Below, piece by piece: positions 1 to 12,900 of a stretch of 64,000 nt of DNA (positions are counted from its first letter, which is position 1; every line of letters begins with the position of its first letter). Made by a program: the position numbers and the translations under genes. Source of the stretch: Mytilus californianus (lineage: Eukaryota); NCBI RefSeq assembly GCF_021869535.1, contig NW_026262679.1:43276001-43340000 (forward strand), written 5' to 3'. The notes beneath the pieces were generated by a model. It was not told the origin of the DNA. It did not search any database and saw nothing but the letters and a program-made list of their open reading frames with translations.

Positions 1-139
1 CTGTTTGACTTTATGCATGAAGTAACAAGTAAGGATGTACTGTAAAAAAGAAATGAAAAGATTAAGAATTTAGAAATGATTTGGTTAAAAAGTTGAACTA
101 AAAACTGTGTATAACAAATCTTATAGAATTATTTGATAA

Positions 140-1853
140 TAGAATGAATTTCATAACAGTGTGGACATGGACACCTGATATTTAAATGATATCTTGTCGG
201 TCACTGGCTGTCGACAACAAAGACTTCACGCAATTACAGTATGTCAAGGGCCTCTCAATGGGGATATACATAATTACTATTTTACACATGTCCATTCATA
301 AAATAAATTTTTTGCATGAAAGTTTATAGGAATTTCTTTTAAATATATTTATATACTAACAGCAAAAAGTTTCTTTTGACAGAATGAGTACATTCAGAGG
401 TGATATCACCAAGTAATCGTGAGAAAAAAGATGAAAATTCTTTTCTGGCAATAAGTGAAAAATTAAGTAGTGTGTCAGTTATAGACAAGTAGTCCATCAT
501 GATCCATCATGCATTGCAAATCATTCAGTGGAGTGGTCAATCGCCAAAATTAAAAAAAGTGCTTAAATTGTAAACAACCACTATTACATGCATTGACGGG
601 GGCATAAGGATGCTAAATAATACATGTCCGTATAAGGTATAAGGAAATGTGTCCGACCTGTTAAATGCAGCTGTTCTGTTGATTTGGAAAAAAAACGAAT
701 GGACGGATCACAGCGATTTAATTTAGAATTGTACTTAATTTTTTTAATTTGTGTTTCAGTATCTAAGATAATCCATGAATTCAATATGTTAACAATACCT
801 TTTATACTAAAATAATTAAACGAGTGCACCCTGTTTAAAGGTTATTATTACACTGTTACTGTTATTTTGACATAATAACCTGTACATTATCTCGTGTTAC
901 AGTTGACCAGTTTAGTCTTGTGCACATGATTTATTATTCCAAAACAGATGTATTGTGAACATATCATTAAATTCATGAATATATATTGAAACACAGCAAC
1001 CGAAAAAGAAGCGAGTACAATTTTAGATTGTAAGGGGCGACCATTCCTGATTCAGTTAAAATAAGAGAGGGTGTGGCTATGCAAGAGGAATGAATAAAAT
1101 TACAAATAAACGTTTATGCAGAACTGTCTCAAATATGCGTCCTCAAATAACAAAAATAATAGTGGAGTATGACCAAATTCATTGAAATTACCTGCTTAAT
1201 TTGTAGTAAAAGAATATAGATCCCGTAACTTTTGTTATATCAACGTAAGTTTTGCACACACGACCGGATTCATATTCTTTATATTTTCACGAGTTATTTT
1301 TTGTTAGAATGATATTTAAATGTTCACGAACATCTGATCGTTGGAGTCTTCGATGGGAATTCAATTTTGTTCCGTGCAAACTACAACTTATGCAGCCCAG
1401 AGGACTAAAATTATTTTTTATGAAGGTCCGGGGTTCTCATTACCAACAAAAATAATCTTAGTATGAAAGTTGATAGTAGGTTACTCTACATCAACTCGTA
1501 CGAATAAATTTTTTCTTATTTTTTTAAGGAGCCACAGAACGTTTGTGCAAGAAAAACATAACGTTTTTTTCTCGATTACTTGGTGATATCACCTCTGAAT
1601 ATACTCATTCTGTCAAAAGAAACTTTTTGTTGTGAGTATATAAATATATTCATCAAAACAAATTCATATAAACTTTCATGCAAAAACTTTTATTTTATGA
1701 ATGGACATGTGTAAAGATAGTAATTGTATATCTCCATTGAGAGGCCCCTGACATACTGTAATTGCGTGAAGTCTGTTGTCGACAGCCAGTGATACACAAG
1801 ATAACATTTAATTACCATGTGTCCATGTCCACGCTGTTATGAAACTCATTCTA
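140..1853. mobile_element. Non-autonomous TIR/foldback element with ~290-bp inverted arms (140-430 and 1563-1853), probable TA target duplication
   Basis: 362-427 is the reverse complement of ~1568-1630, and the match continues outward to TAGAATGA...TCATTCTA. No coding capacity recognised inside. Confidence 0.7.
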
Positions 1854-3039
1854 AATAAAAAATATAAAGGATGTTTAAAACGACCTTATTTACGTTTTGT
1901 ATTAATTATCACTGAGAAGCATATATCTACTTTCATCAGGACTTTGATTGGGGTTTACAGAATAGAGAACAGTGGGTAAATGCTACAGAATAATGGAACA
2001 ACAAAAATAAGAATTGAGAAAAATATGCGAAAAAAATAAAAAATAGATAATAATGGGGTGTAAAGATATAAAGAATAGAGAACAATGGGCAAAATTTATA
2101 AAGAATAAAGAAAAATGGTTTAAAAAATACAGAATTGGAGGACCCCCAATCCAGACCCTCTTTTATGTTACAGCCTTGCTGTTATGTTCTGTTTTGTGGA
2201 CTAATGTTTGTCTTCGTGTCTCCTTCTTTTGATTTTATCTTTTGGTCACTGTTATGTAATATGATACAGCTCCACATTAGGGTGCAACCTATGTCATAGT
2301 CGTTTTTAGATTTCAAGATTGACTCATTATTTGTATAAAACTATTTACAGCAGATCTCAGTTTAAAATTTTTGTCACGTGTTATCGCATACAACAGATCT
2401 CGGTTTAAGATTTTTGTCACGTGTTATCGCATACAAAGTTGCAGACAGCCAAAAATATTTTGTGCAAACTTTGTATATATCTTTCTAAAGAATGTTACAT
2501 AACATTTATAAGAAAACGTGAATGAATTGCACAATGACCGCCTACTTCAGAGACACTGTAGTCCAATATCCTTTGCTATTGATTGCCTTTTATTTAGTAC
2601 TGACTGTTAGTCCCCGATGGTATTAACTTTTAAGTTGGCATGCAGATCAGTCCTTGTGCACTGGTATAATATATTACATGTACAAATGTATTCATTATCC
2701 CTTTTTTGTTCGTCTCAGTTTTGGAAATTTCAGTTGATAAATGGCTTCAATGTTGTATAATGTTACCAATTTTACTGCAGTCCGTTTTTTGCTCCTTTTG
2801 AATCCTTTTATTTGTTTTTGAAATTCTGGTTTTTCCGATATTTCGCCTATAGAATTCTGCTGTAAGTTATCCTTAAAAAAACCCTCTTCGAATGCAAAGA
2901 ACTTTATTATATTATTAAATTCAAAAACATATTTATATAGCATTCATATCTTTGAGGAAATTCCAAGTAGAAAATAGTTTTTTTGGTTTAAAAGTCATTA
3001 AAATTCATGTAATTAAAAGCTTTAAGCTGGGAGTGATTG

Positions 3040-3310
3040 AAACTTTTCATTACCGAATGAGACTCATCACCGAATATGTATTTTCCATAAGTAACACGAC
3101 GAGCGCTATAGTGGCGCAGCATATTATTACCCTTTCGGAGCACATGAGATTTTTGTGGGGTTCGTGTTGCTCAGTCTTTAGTTTTTTATGTAGCGTTTTG
3201 TGAACTTTGTTTGGCAGTTCGTTGTCTTTCATATTTCACACTACGTTGTCAGTTTCTCTCGACCCATTAGTTTTTGAATGTTCACTTTGTATTTTCCACC
3301 TCTTTTTAAG
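3040..3310 (+). repeat. Dispersed bivalve repeat fragment (retroelement 3' tail type); related fragment at ~36470-36650
   Basis: Motif ACCCTTTCGGAGCAC...GGGGTTCGTGTTGCTCAGTCTTTAGTTTT is shared with 36470-36650. Family assignment is from recall only. Confidence 0.45.
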
Positions 3311-4932
3311 AGCGATTGGTGTTTTTTTTTTCTTTTCTTTTAATTATGAATTTAAACTGTGTAAAATAAATATAGATGATAACACGAAGCTGTTACAATG
3401 CTGATACTCATGTAGGCCTCTTTTTACTCTATGGAGGAAGTTGATGATGTGAAGCCTCATAGTGACAATTGAATAATAGTTTGGCGACTGAGATGCAAGG
3501 ACATTGTCTTAATATAATTTCCATAGAAAGATGTTTTCATAACGCCTGTTAAGGTAGGAAAGCTGAATAATTGTTTGATTAGTATGCATGTGTTAACTAC
3601 AATTGAACAAACGTATTTCTTGAAAGAATTATAAAAAATTCCTCTTCGCTGTACATTTGAATTTTTTTTTAAAAAGAATATCGCATCTGCTTATTCTGTT
3701 AAAGTAAAAAGAGATTTTTTTTTCTAAACTTTACAATAATACGACCCCTAACATGCATGAATGAAGGGGAAGCAATAGAATTTTTGGAAGCTCGGCTCAC
3801 AGTAACTCTTGATCTATGATTGTTTATTATGCATTTCTAATTTATATATCTAGATGCATGCTACATGTATAATACCAAACCCACTGGGAATATTTTAAAA
3901 TATTTCTTATATCTTTTACAGATTACTTGTGTTACATTTTTATGCTATAGTCATTTTCTTTTATCACGGATGCTTAAAGGCCTGGTAATATGACACTTCC
4001 CGTGGCAGCATACATTTGATACATTCCAAAATGGTGATAACAGATGACAGTTTGTCTGTAATGCGTTCAATCTAATATTAAACCACTATTTACAGTATAT
4101 GTGTACTTGTGTTTTATACGCCGTTAATGGTATTTATAACTGGCGCCGTTAGCCTTCTATTCATCATGCATTCCCTTCAGAATACAATTAAAGCAGCAGA
4201 ACCTTTATTTGCACCATTGCTTACAGGTATCAATTTAATATATCTGGTTTGATTGCTCAATTTAATAAACCTTGAACATTTATCAACATTGTTTGCTCGG
4301 CTTCATAACTTTATAAAAAAAATACCACTGAAATAGCTGTAAGTGCGCAATCTCGGGCAAAGATATAATATATCAATTCTTTGAAGTCTCGCGAGAGGTT
4401 CATAATATTGGTAATTCAAAGGATTATATCTCAGAGAATATACATTACAGTTTACCAGAAGGTCTAAAATTTAATATTGTTTTCATAAACAGGTTTTTAT
4501 TAATACTATAATCAACCATTGTAAAAAAAATGAAGGCCAAGTTTTGTTATTGAGCGTTGTTGATGAAGATTATTCCAGGAAATAAATTCGGCCAAATCCT
4601 TCCTTTATACAATGGTTGACGACTTAGAATTAACAAATACCATGCCATCCCCATATTTATTCTCATATTTGTGCTGATGAAGATCCCAAATTAGGAACAA
4701 CTCAATTGTACGTAATGATTATAGCAAAATTACTTAATGATGCAACTTTACGTTTTTATTTGAAGGAACAACTTTACCTTTACATTTAAAAAACAAACAA
4801 CCTTTGTATTTAAAACAACAACGTAATTTCTGTATTTGACCTTTGTGTTTGAAAGAACAACTTAACCTTTGTATTTGAAAAAAACTGTAGTACTGTAGAA
4901 TTAAAGTCAAGCGCTGAATATTTAAAGTCCTG

Positions 4933-5604
4933 GGGTGGTGTTCTCGAAGCTATCTTAGGATTAGGACGTGTCCTAAGACCATTTTACGACAAGTCTTTGT
5001 CCTAAGTCGTGTTCTCGAAGCTCTCTTAACTTAGGATATATCACATTTTTCGTCCTAACTTTAGGACACCTAATTAGGTGTCTTAAGATCATCATATCTT
5101 CATCCTAACTTTGTGCATGCTTTTTTCTCATTTTTTTACGTGAAGATGAACATGAAATGAAACGCACCATCGGTTATTAACTCGTTTAAAGAATTTGTGC
5201 ATGATTTTAAACTTTGAACTTCGTGTTTTACGATACGATGACACTACGAATTAAATATTTTCATTTCAAAACAAATTGTTTTCCGGTTTAAATCACATTC
5301 CTTTTTGATATTATTTTATAATTACATTTGAAATCATGCATTTAATTAAATACATGTAATTTTAAAATTTCGTAAACAATTTTATTAATTGGTTTGGCCT
5401 TTGATAAATGTTTTATCAAACAATTACTTTAACTATTTAAAATTTCGCATATAGGATATGTTTAGGACGTCCTAACATAAGATGCGTCTGAGATAGCTTC
5501 GAGACACAACTTAAGAGTGTCCTAAGATGATCCTAAGTCCATCCTAAAATTGGTCTTATCTATGACTTAGGACGAATCTTAGGATACTTTCGAGAACACC
5601 ACCA
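4933..5604. mobile_element. PIF/Harbinger-type MITE (672 bp) with CTG target duplication
   Basis: TIR GGGTGGTGTTCTCGAA / TTCGAGAACACCACCA; CTG at 4930-4932 and 5605-5607; dense subterminal TCCTAAG/CTTAGGA motifs shared with the adjacent Harbinger. Confidence 0.85.
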
Positions 5605-6095
5605 CTGGGGCCGTGTCAATGAAAGTATCCTAAGATATGTCTTAGGACATTATTTAGGATGGTCTTAGGACGTATCTGAGACATGTCCTAGGATGTAAAA
5701 CAAAGCTATCTTAGGACAGTCCTAACTACGATGATCCTAAGACCATCCTAACATATTCATTTAATTAATAAAATATGTAGCGAATGAAATGAAATAGATT
5801 TTAATGTATTTCATTATATATATAAAGGTTTTTTGTTCGGTTTTTTGTTGTTGTTTTTTTTTGGGGGGGGGGGGGATTTCATCTGTTATGAAAATAAAAT
5901 ACACAAAAAAAGGTTTTTACATATACTAATAGATAAATTATTATATACTGTTAAAATGAAAAAAAATAGATTTCTTTCAACAATTAAATTAATTGTCACA
6001 AAACTTTTTAGAGGCTATTGTCGTGCTGCAATTTAACTATATAAACTAGTTTTGTACTTAGGTCCACTCGATTTCATTACGTATATTGAATCAAC

Positions 6096-6849
6096 ATGAA
6101 CAAGAAGAGATCTCCAAATTTTTCCGAAATCGAAATTCATATTATGCTGGCCGAAGTTAAAAAACATAAGGGAATATTATTCAGCAAGTTGTCAAATGTT
6201 GCGACAAATAATATTCAGAAGAAGACATGGGATGGCATTTGTACAAAGATGAATTCTTCAAATACCCACCACCAAAGAACATTTCGGGCCGAGTGGTCTA
6301 AGTAGTTACTACTGTAATCACTAGCCAGTCAACACTGAGGTTGTGAGTTCGAACCCCGCTCGTGCGGGTGCACTCGACTCCAATCTTAATTGACTAGGAT
6401 TGTCAGTTTTCCTATCGAAGGTCGGTGGTTTTCTCCGGGCATTCCGGCTTCCTCCACCAATAAAAACTGGCGGCCACGAATTAGCCCAAAAGCGGTGCTT
6501 AAAAGTGGCGTTAAAACACCAAAAATCAAAAAAATCAAACCAAAGAACAGTTGAAGAAATTCGGAAGAAATGGACAACGTATACGAGCAACGCAAAAAAG
6601 AAAGTGGCACACAATAGACGTGAGGCAAGAAAGACAGGCGGAGGTCCTCCCCCAGAAGACATTTCCTCGATGGAAGATCAGGTGGTAGGGATTATTGGAG
6701 ACACACCTATAGATGGAATAGACGGAGGTATGGATACAGCCTCTTTTACAGAAACATCAATGGATTTGACAATGCCTTCATGTTCATCTTCAAGAAGGAG
6801 TTCCTACTCTTCAGCAGACGAAACAAGTAATTTGTTTATTTTCTTATAG
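6096..6849 (+). pseudogene. Harbinger Myb/SANT-like DNA-binding protein, interrupted by a SINE
   Basis: KKRSPNFSEIEIHIMLAEV...KKTWDGICTKMN...RTVEEIRKKWTTY...TGGGPPP. Removing the SINE plus one TSD copy restores the frame (HHQRTVEEIRKKW). Confidence 0.9.
6282..6538 (+). mobile_element. tRNA-derived SINE with V-domain-like core, 11-bp TSD ACCAAAGAACA
   Basis: A-box-like GGCCGAGTGGTCTAAG, B box GTTCGAACCCC, core GGTTTTCTCCGGGCATTCCGGCTTCCTCCACC, AAATC-type tail; TSD at 6271-6281 and 6539-6549. Confidence 0.9.
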
Positions 6850-7275
6850 TTCTTGACAGAGCGAAAAGGGGGGGGGGATGACGACATGATTGGTTCGACA
6901 TTATTCTTTTGAATTGTACTTTCCATAAACTTTAAGTATTATCTAATGAACTATCATGTTAAAAATCCGGCTCATCGTGCCTGTCTTTGCACTTTCTCCG
7001 GTCGTGATATGCTTGTAATGTTTTCCACTGGAGGTTTTTTTTTTTGCCATGTCTTTGTCAGTTTGTTTTCTACTTGTGAGTTTGGGTGTCCCTTAAGATT
7101 CTTTCTGAGTCCTTTCTTTTACACCTATAAATTGGTAAATTCCTTTGTACCACCAAATGAAATTTTATTGGTTACATGTCAGTGAGACAGTCATCCATGT
7201 ATCAGAATACAAGAATAAATGCAATGAACGACCCATAAGTGATTAAAAAAAGAAGGATAAGAATATGTTTTTTTA

Positions 7276-8326
7276 TTAATTGTAGAATCTATTATTAACC
7301 AATCTTGTACGAATAACTGCACCGTCATTTTGAATACCAATATATTGCTGCCCACCAATATTTCCATGATCTGTTGGATTATCGTTTCCTGGAGGCAATG
7401 GAATTCTATTGTCAATGCACATGTTGTGCAGAACAACAACATCTACTACAATGTCACAACATCTATCTGGGCTGTACAACAATGTTCCTGCAGTGGTATC
7501 GATACATCGGAACCGAGATTTCATCACTCCAAAACTCCTCTCAACAGCACATCTTGTTCTCATATGGGAACTGTTGTAACGTTGGTCCCGTCTTGTTGTT
7601 GGGTTCATGACTGGTGTTAGGAGCCAAGGTCGAAGGGGATATCCACTGTCCCCAAGAAGCCATCCATCGCTTATGTCTCCGTCTTCAAACATTTCACATA
7701 GCCTTGAATTGCGCAACGCAAATGAGTCATTTGTACTACCAGGCCACTTAGCCACTATGTTTAAAAACTTCAAGTTCAAGTCACAAACTCCCATTACATT
7801 AAGCGAGTGGTAATTCTTTCTGTTTACGTTTAAGTGTTCATCAACAGCTGAGCTTTCGATACGCACATGAGTACCATCAACAGCACCAATAACATTTGGA
7901 AAATTTGAAATGTCATAAAAACCTTGCCTTAAGAGATGCTTGATCTGTGGGCATCGAAATGTATTGATTGCAAACATTTTTTAAACATTGTGTGACGTCA
8001 CGTGTAATATTCGAAACACTTGCTCTTGAAATACGATGGACATCAGCATTAACCAGTTGAAAGCTCCCAGTTGTATAAAATCTTAAGGCTACCATTATTT
8101 GTAATGGCACAGGAATTGCATGGGACCTTTTAGTCGGCCTAGCGAGCTCATTTTGAAACATTCCACAAAGTTCTAGAATCTTTGGTCTAGAAAGTCAGTT
8201 TAGTCTATATTTACGAACAATATCAGCATCGTCCAAATAATCTAATGGATTGTCTCTGTCCCTTAACACTCTGTTTCGGCGAATGTTATTCGCTCGTCGT
8301 CTTACATGAACATACACAGCGGCCAT
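7276..8326 (-). pseudogene. Harbinger (HARBI1-like) DDE transposase, two frameshifts
   Basis: ATG at 8326 (MAAVYVHVRRR...RDRDNPLDY), then IMVALRFYTTGSFQ, GAVDGTH, WLLGDSGYPL and RCAVERSFGVMKSRF. Frame breaks near 8195 and near 7930-7950. Confidence 0.93.
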
Positions 8327-9400
8327 ATATGTTGTTTTTATTTCAACTAAAGACATCGTAACTTTTAGGACTATCCTAAGACCATCCTAAGACACCTATT
8401 TATATATCCTAATTTTAGGACCAAATCTAGGACATATTTTAACTTAGGAGACTTTCGTTAACCTGGCTTAGGACTAAGACGTACCCTAAGACCATCCTAA
8501 GACACGTCCTAGTCCTAAGACCGTTCGTTGACACGGCCCCTGTGTTCTTGCCAACCTAGCTAACATATGTTGGCTGGTAAACTAGTCATATAATTTGATT
8601 TTTTTAAAACAAAAATGAACTACTCACTTTATTCCTCCTATTAAAGGTTTATCTCAGGCTAGAAATTAAGATATCAATCTTAATTTTTATTTTTGTATTT
8701 TTTTTTCTTCTTTGTCTGACGGTTGTTAAAATGATCGATATTGTGTGCATATTTTTTTCTTATTTCGCCATTCTTTTGTTGTTTTTTTGTTGTTTTTTTT
8801 TGTGACAATTTACGATAAATGTGTAAGCATGTGTTCTGTTATTATGAATCTAGTTGGTGCACATTCGAAAGCGAAAAAGTAACGTCAAAATAAGTTCTGT
8901 AATTTCAGCAGATTCGCAAGGACACTGTGACTGTACTTGTCAGCCTGGCTGACATATGTTCCAATGTCAAATAACAAAGACAAGTAATAAATCTGTTGAT
9001 CCAAAAATGTCTGAAGGACATTGTATTTGTGGTAACATATGGTATTATTTTTCCTGTTATATTGAAAAAGAATTATTGTTTTTTTTATCTGTACGTGGGT
9101 TTGACTTATTGGAAATGTCGAAATGATTTCTGCGGCTATTCATTTTAAAATAACAATTCAGAACTATGAAAGAAAAACATATTCGGACTTTCTTGTTCTA
9201 ATAGTTATAATCTAGGGGAGACGGAACCGTTACTTAAAATAAACTGATGTAATGATTTTTTTTATTATCATCAACCGTACAGTGATATAAAATATAATAA
9301 CATGTGAATACATAAACAGATGTTAATTCAGCAAATGAGCGCTATGACCTTTGTCTGCTTGTTTTTTCAAATGTCATTTGATTGTAATACATGTAATCTA

Positions 9401-9943
9401 TGTTTGTTTGTTGGTATTAAACGACACTTTTAGCTACATTTATCATGGTGGTCGTGCAGACTGAGTTATAATGTTCGTGACGGAAGTCGGAGAACCCGGA
9501 CGGGTCCACCGACCTTCGGCAGAAACACTAGCAAAATTAATAGTTGAGTCGAACACACTGTGTCATGCACGACCTGGGTTCGAACACACTTCGTCACAAT
9601 CGGGGTTCGAACTTACATCCTCTGAGTTGACAGGCTATGATCACTGTAGATAAACTACGTACATCAGGGTTCGAACTTACAACCTCTGAGTTGACAGGCT
9701 AAGGATCTCTGTAGATAAACTACCTACATCAGGGTTCGAACTTACAACCTCTGAGTTGACAGGCTAGTGATCTCTGTAGATAAACTACGTACATCAGGGT
9801 TCGAACTTACAACCTCTGAGTTTACAGGCTAGTGATCAATGTAGATAAACTACGTACATCAGGGTTCGAACTTACATCCTCTGAGTTTACAGGCTAGTGA
9901 TCACTGTAGATAAACTACGTACTATACAAGGCCACCGAGGCCC
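9401..9943 (-). mobile_element. tRNA-derived SINE (same superfamily as 6282) with a tandemly amplified head
   Basis: Minus strand starts GGGCCTCGGTGGCC; body matches the 6282 SINE (CCACCGACCTTCG, ACGACACTTTTAG); tail TGTTTGTTTG on the plus strand. Confidence 0.8.
9603..9922. repeat. 65-bp minisatellite x5, each unit carrying a B-box GGGTTCGAAC
   Basis: GGGTTCGAAC at 9603, 9667, 9732, 9797 and 9862, plus one more at 9576. Confidence 0.95.
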
Positions 9944-12900
9944 ACAGAAATAATAATTGGAAAAAAAAGAAGAGAAAAAATGAAGAATAAAATCAATTCC
10001 CGTGTTTTTAAGTTCATGCAGTTCTTTGAGTATTGTTTTAATTTGTCGTGCTAGTATTCTCGATCGATAACCAATAGTGAAAGCAACCCATGGCATATTT
10101 TTGGGAATCTTTATTCTGACACAAAATTTAAAAAATTGGAATCAAAATAAACAACTCTAACAGCCAAACACTGAATACAAAAAAGGCCATTAATTTTGTC
10201 TTGTTTGTAAGAACTGTAAAAAAAGTCAATTATATTTTGTTGGAAAAATATGAAGATGCTATTAATAACGGATCCCTGTGATAAAAAGTGAACATTCTTT
10301 AGTTTGACGATTAATGTAACAACCTGATAATTTGTTACCTTAAGATATTACCCGAGAGATGCAACATTTTAACAAGATTGACAATAATCTGAATATTATT
10401 AAACAATTTCAGAGATAAATACTAATATTCTATTTTACGATTTATCTTTTCGATAAAGAAAACTTCAATTCTCTCCTCCACATTCAAATGAAATTTAATA
10501 CAAGTATACATCATAAGTGTGTGTGTGTGTGCGCGTCACCATAATGTGTGAGTGGATATTTGTTTGGGCCTCAAATGAGATCAATGGACATATCATTTTG
10601 TTTACAAGTATTTCCAAAAGTTAATGATACCTTTAAAGGTTGGTATAAAGCACCCCCGCTTTGTAACCTATTTGTGTCTATATTGTTACTGATCTCATTT
10701 TCGTCGGTAATTGTCTTAAATTCACTGCTTTTATTCTTTAGGGAATATGATGTTAATGTCAGTTTATTGATAGTTCCGACGGAGGACATTTTAGAGAGAA
10801 AACAAATAAAACATCTTCAATTTGATAATATTTATTATACGCCATTTGATTTAAATAATGCCTCATGTTCTCGTCATAGCTGTTCTAATGGAACCAGTTA
10901 ATACGTAAAGAAAGACGAGGAGGTTTTTAAAATATTTTAACATGCATTTTTTCCTTTTCGTTTGAAATAAAAACAAAATACGAGTATCAAATCTTTGATG
11001 CTTAACATTTGCGGCTAGCAATCATTTGGAATTATATATATTTTCAATTTTAATTATTGAAATTATCCTGTTGAAAGCCGATAGAATTTCTCTTTAAAGA
11101 TTACTTCTCCAGTGAACAAATTGCTTATTTAGCCGAATAATGGACGGTTATTTATCCTACATGTAAAATAATGTCAGCAGACCACAGTCTCGACTGACAA
11201 AAGTGCTGTAGAACTGTTACACTATATCAGTGCCTTTTTACAAAGAGTGAACAATGCAGACTGTAGAAACTCAATAATTATTTCAAACTATTTCAGGAAA
11301 GAAATATAATTAGAGATGCTATGTGTAGTGATATCAAATCTACTAGGCAAATCAAGATTTATAGGCATCAATTGTATATGCTTTTAAAATTCTACATCCA
11401 ATTTAAAGTACTTGTGCATTAACTCATTTCAGTGTTGCTTTGTATTTGAATTATACAAAAACATCTGTTTGTGATCGGTGAATAAGATTTGTTCATAATA
11501 ATCTTAAAAACAACGTCCTTGAGTATCTATCTTAAATGCCTTCCACATCCTTATAAGGATCTAACATGGATATCCAACATACGTTTTTCGTTTTTTTTAT
11601 ATTCCCAAGCTTGAATTAAACTTTGAAATGTAAACAAAAATAGTTGAAAAGGAAGGAAAATATATTAGCTTGTCTAGATAGAATCTCTTGAAGAAGAAAA
11701 CTGATAATCTATTAATATATATGTTTAAAACTACAGCTGTATTGTAAAATTTTCACACATGCTACTCGTCTCTTCTGACTTAATCATTTGAATCTTATGC
11801 ATTGAACCACAATTTTGAAAATAAGATATAGAGGTCAGGGGAGAAAGATGAATAACAACGACTTGTGCGAGTTTGATAAATAACTTAAGAAACTTCAAAC
11901 TCATCTCGTTATAGCATCGCGACCATGTGAATCTCGCGATATTTCAAATATCATTTTGTGTGCCAGAAGTGATCAAAATTGTTACACAATTCCACATGTC
12001 AGTAGGAAGAACTACTAATCAGACACTCAAACTTATTTCCAGTTATTTGGTTTGATAAACATTTTTTAAAATAAAAGTCTTTGAATTGATTATATCGTAT
12101 AGATAAACATTCTTATTTCTGAAGCTGTTTTTGTTCTGTTTTATTTGATTTTAATTATTTGTTGGAGGGGGGGGATTATATTCTCATTCTGAGTTATGTA
12201 CTTAACCCTCTGAATTCTTTGTTTCGAGCATAACTGTTGATGATTATATTACCAAAAACAAGTTTGATACACAGCAACTTTTATGTCTAAACTCGTGGAT
12301 GTGTTATTCCCATATGGTACAGTTCGATCTTAATAGAATTCATTGTTGTTTGCCATCAAGTTACTTACAACTAATAAATGCAAATTGGCCAAATGAATGC
12401 AAATTGAGATAGACGATCAGTTTGTTTGTGTTGTTCTGTAGATTTTCAATAAGACTGTATGGTTTTGTAGTCAATGAATCCATTTCAATAATGACCTGTT
12501 TGCTTTAACAGCTTACATTAATGGCCGGAGATAACTCCAAGATTACTTTTGGTGCGTAACTTTCATCTGATTCAATTAAGCTAATGCCTGATGGCGATAA
12601 AGAAGCTATTTATCTACAATAAAAGCTAGTATGCTCAGTCAGATTCATTATATTTGATACCTAATGTTATAAAATATTATGGAATCTGTTAGCTACAAAC
12701 AGAACTTGCTAAGGTTAGCTTAAGTGTATGTTCATTTTTGCACAATTCATCCGTCTGCCGTTAAGATGCAGATGTATAATAATTTCAAATTTCTTTTTAT
12801 CTGTACTTATGACACGCACTTCATGGCATGAAGGAAAGATCACTGTACCACGTGTCAGTTGGCTTTTTAAGAGAAAAATAAAGAATTCACATAATATCGT

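Larger units (their letters stand above)
5608..8539. mobile_element. PIF/Harbinger DNA transposon (decayed autonomous copy)
   Basis: TIR GGGCCGTGTCAATGAA / TTCGTTGACACGGCCC; CTG TSD at 5605-5607 and 8540-8542; convergent Myb/SANT and DDE transposase ORFs. Confidence 0.95.

Noticed and set aside
2695-2943. 82-aa minus-strand ORF with protein-like composition
   Set aside because: No family or motif I can recognise and no convincing splice context; possibly a transposon relic. A BLASTX search would be needed.
4674-4705. CTGATGAAGATCCC... as a hammerhead ribozyme
   Set aside because: Stem II is incomplete and there is no GAAA box in register.
6282-6365. tRNA gene
   Set aside because: A and B boxes are present but there is no full cloverleaf; it continues into a SINE body and tail and is bounded by a TSD.
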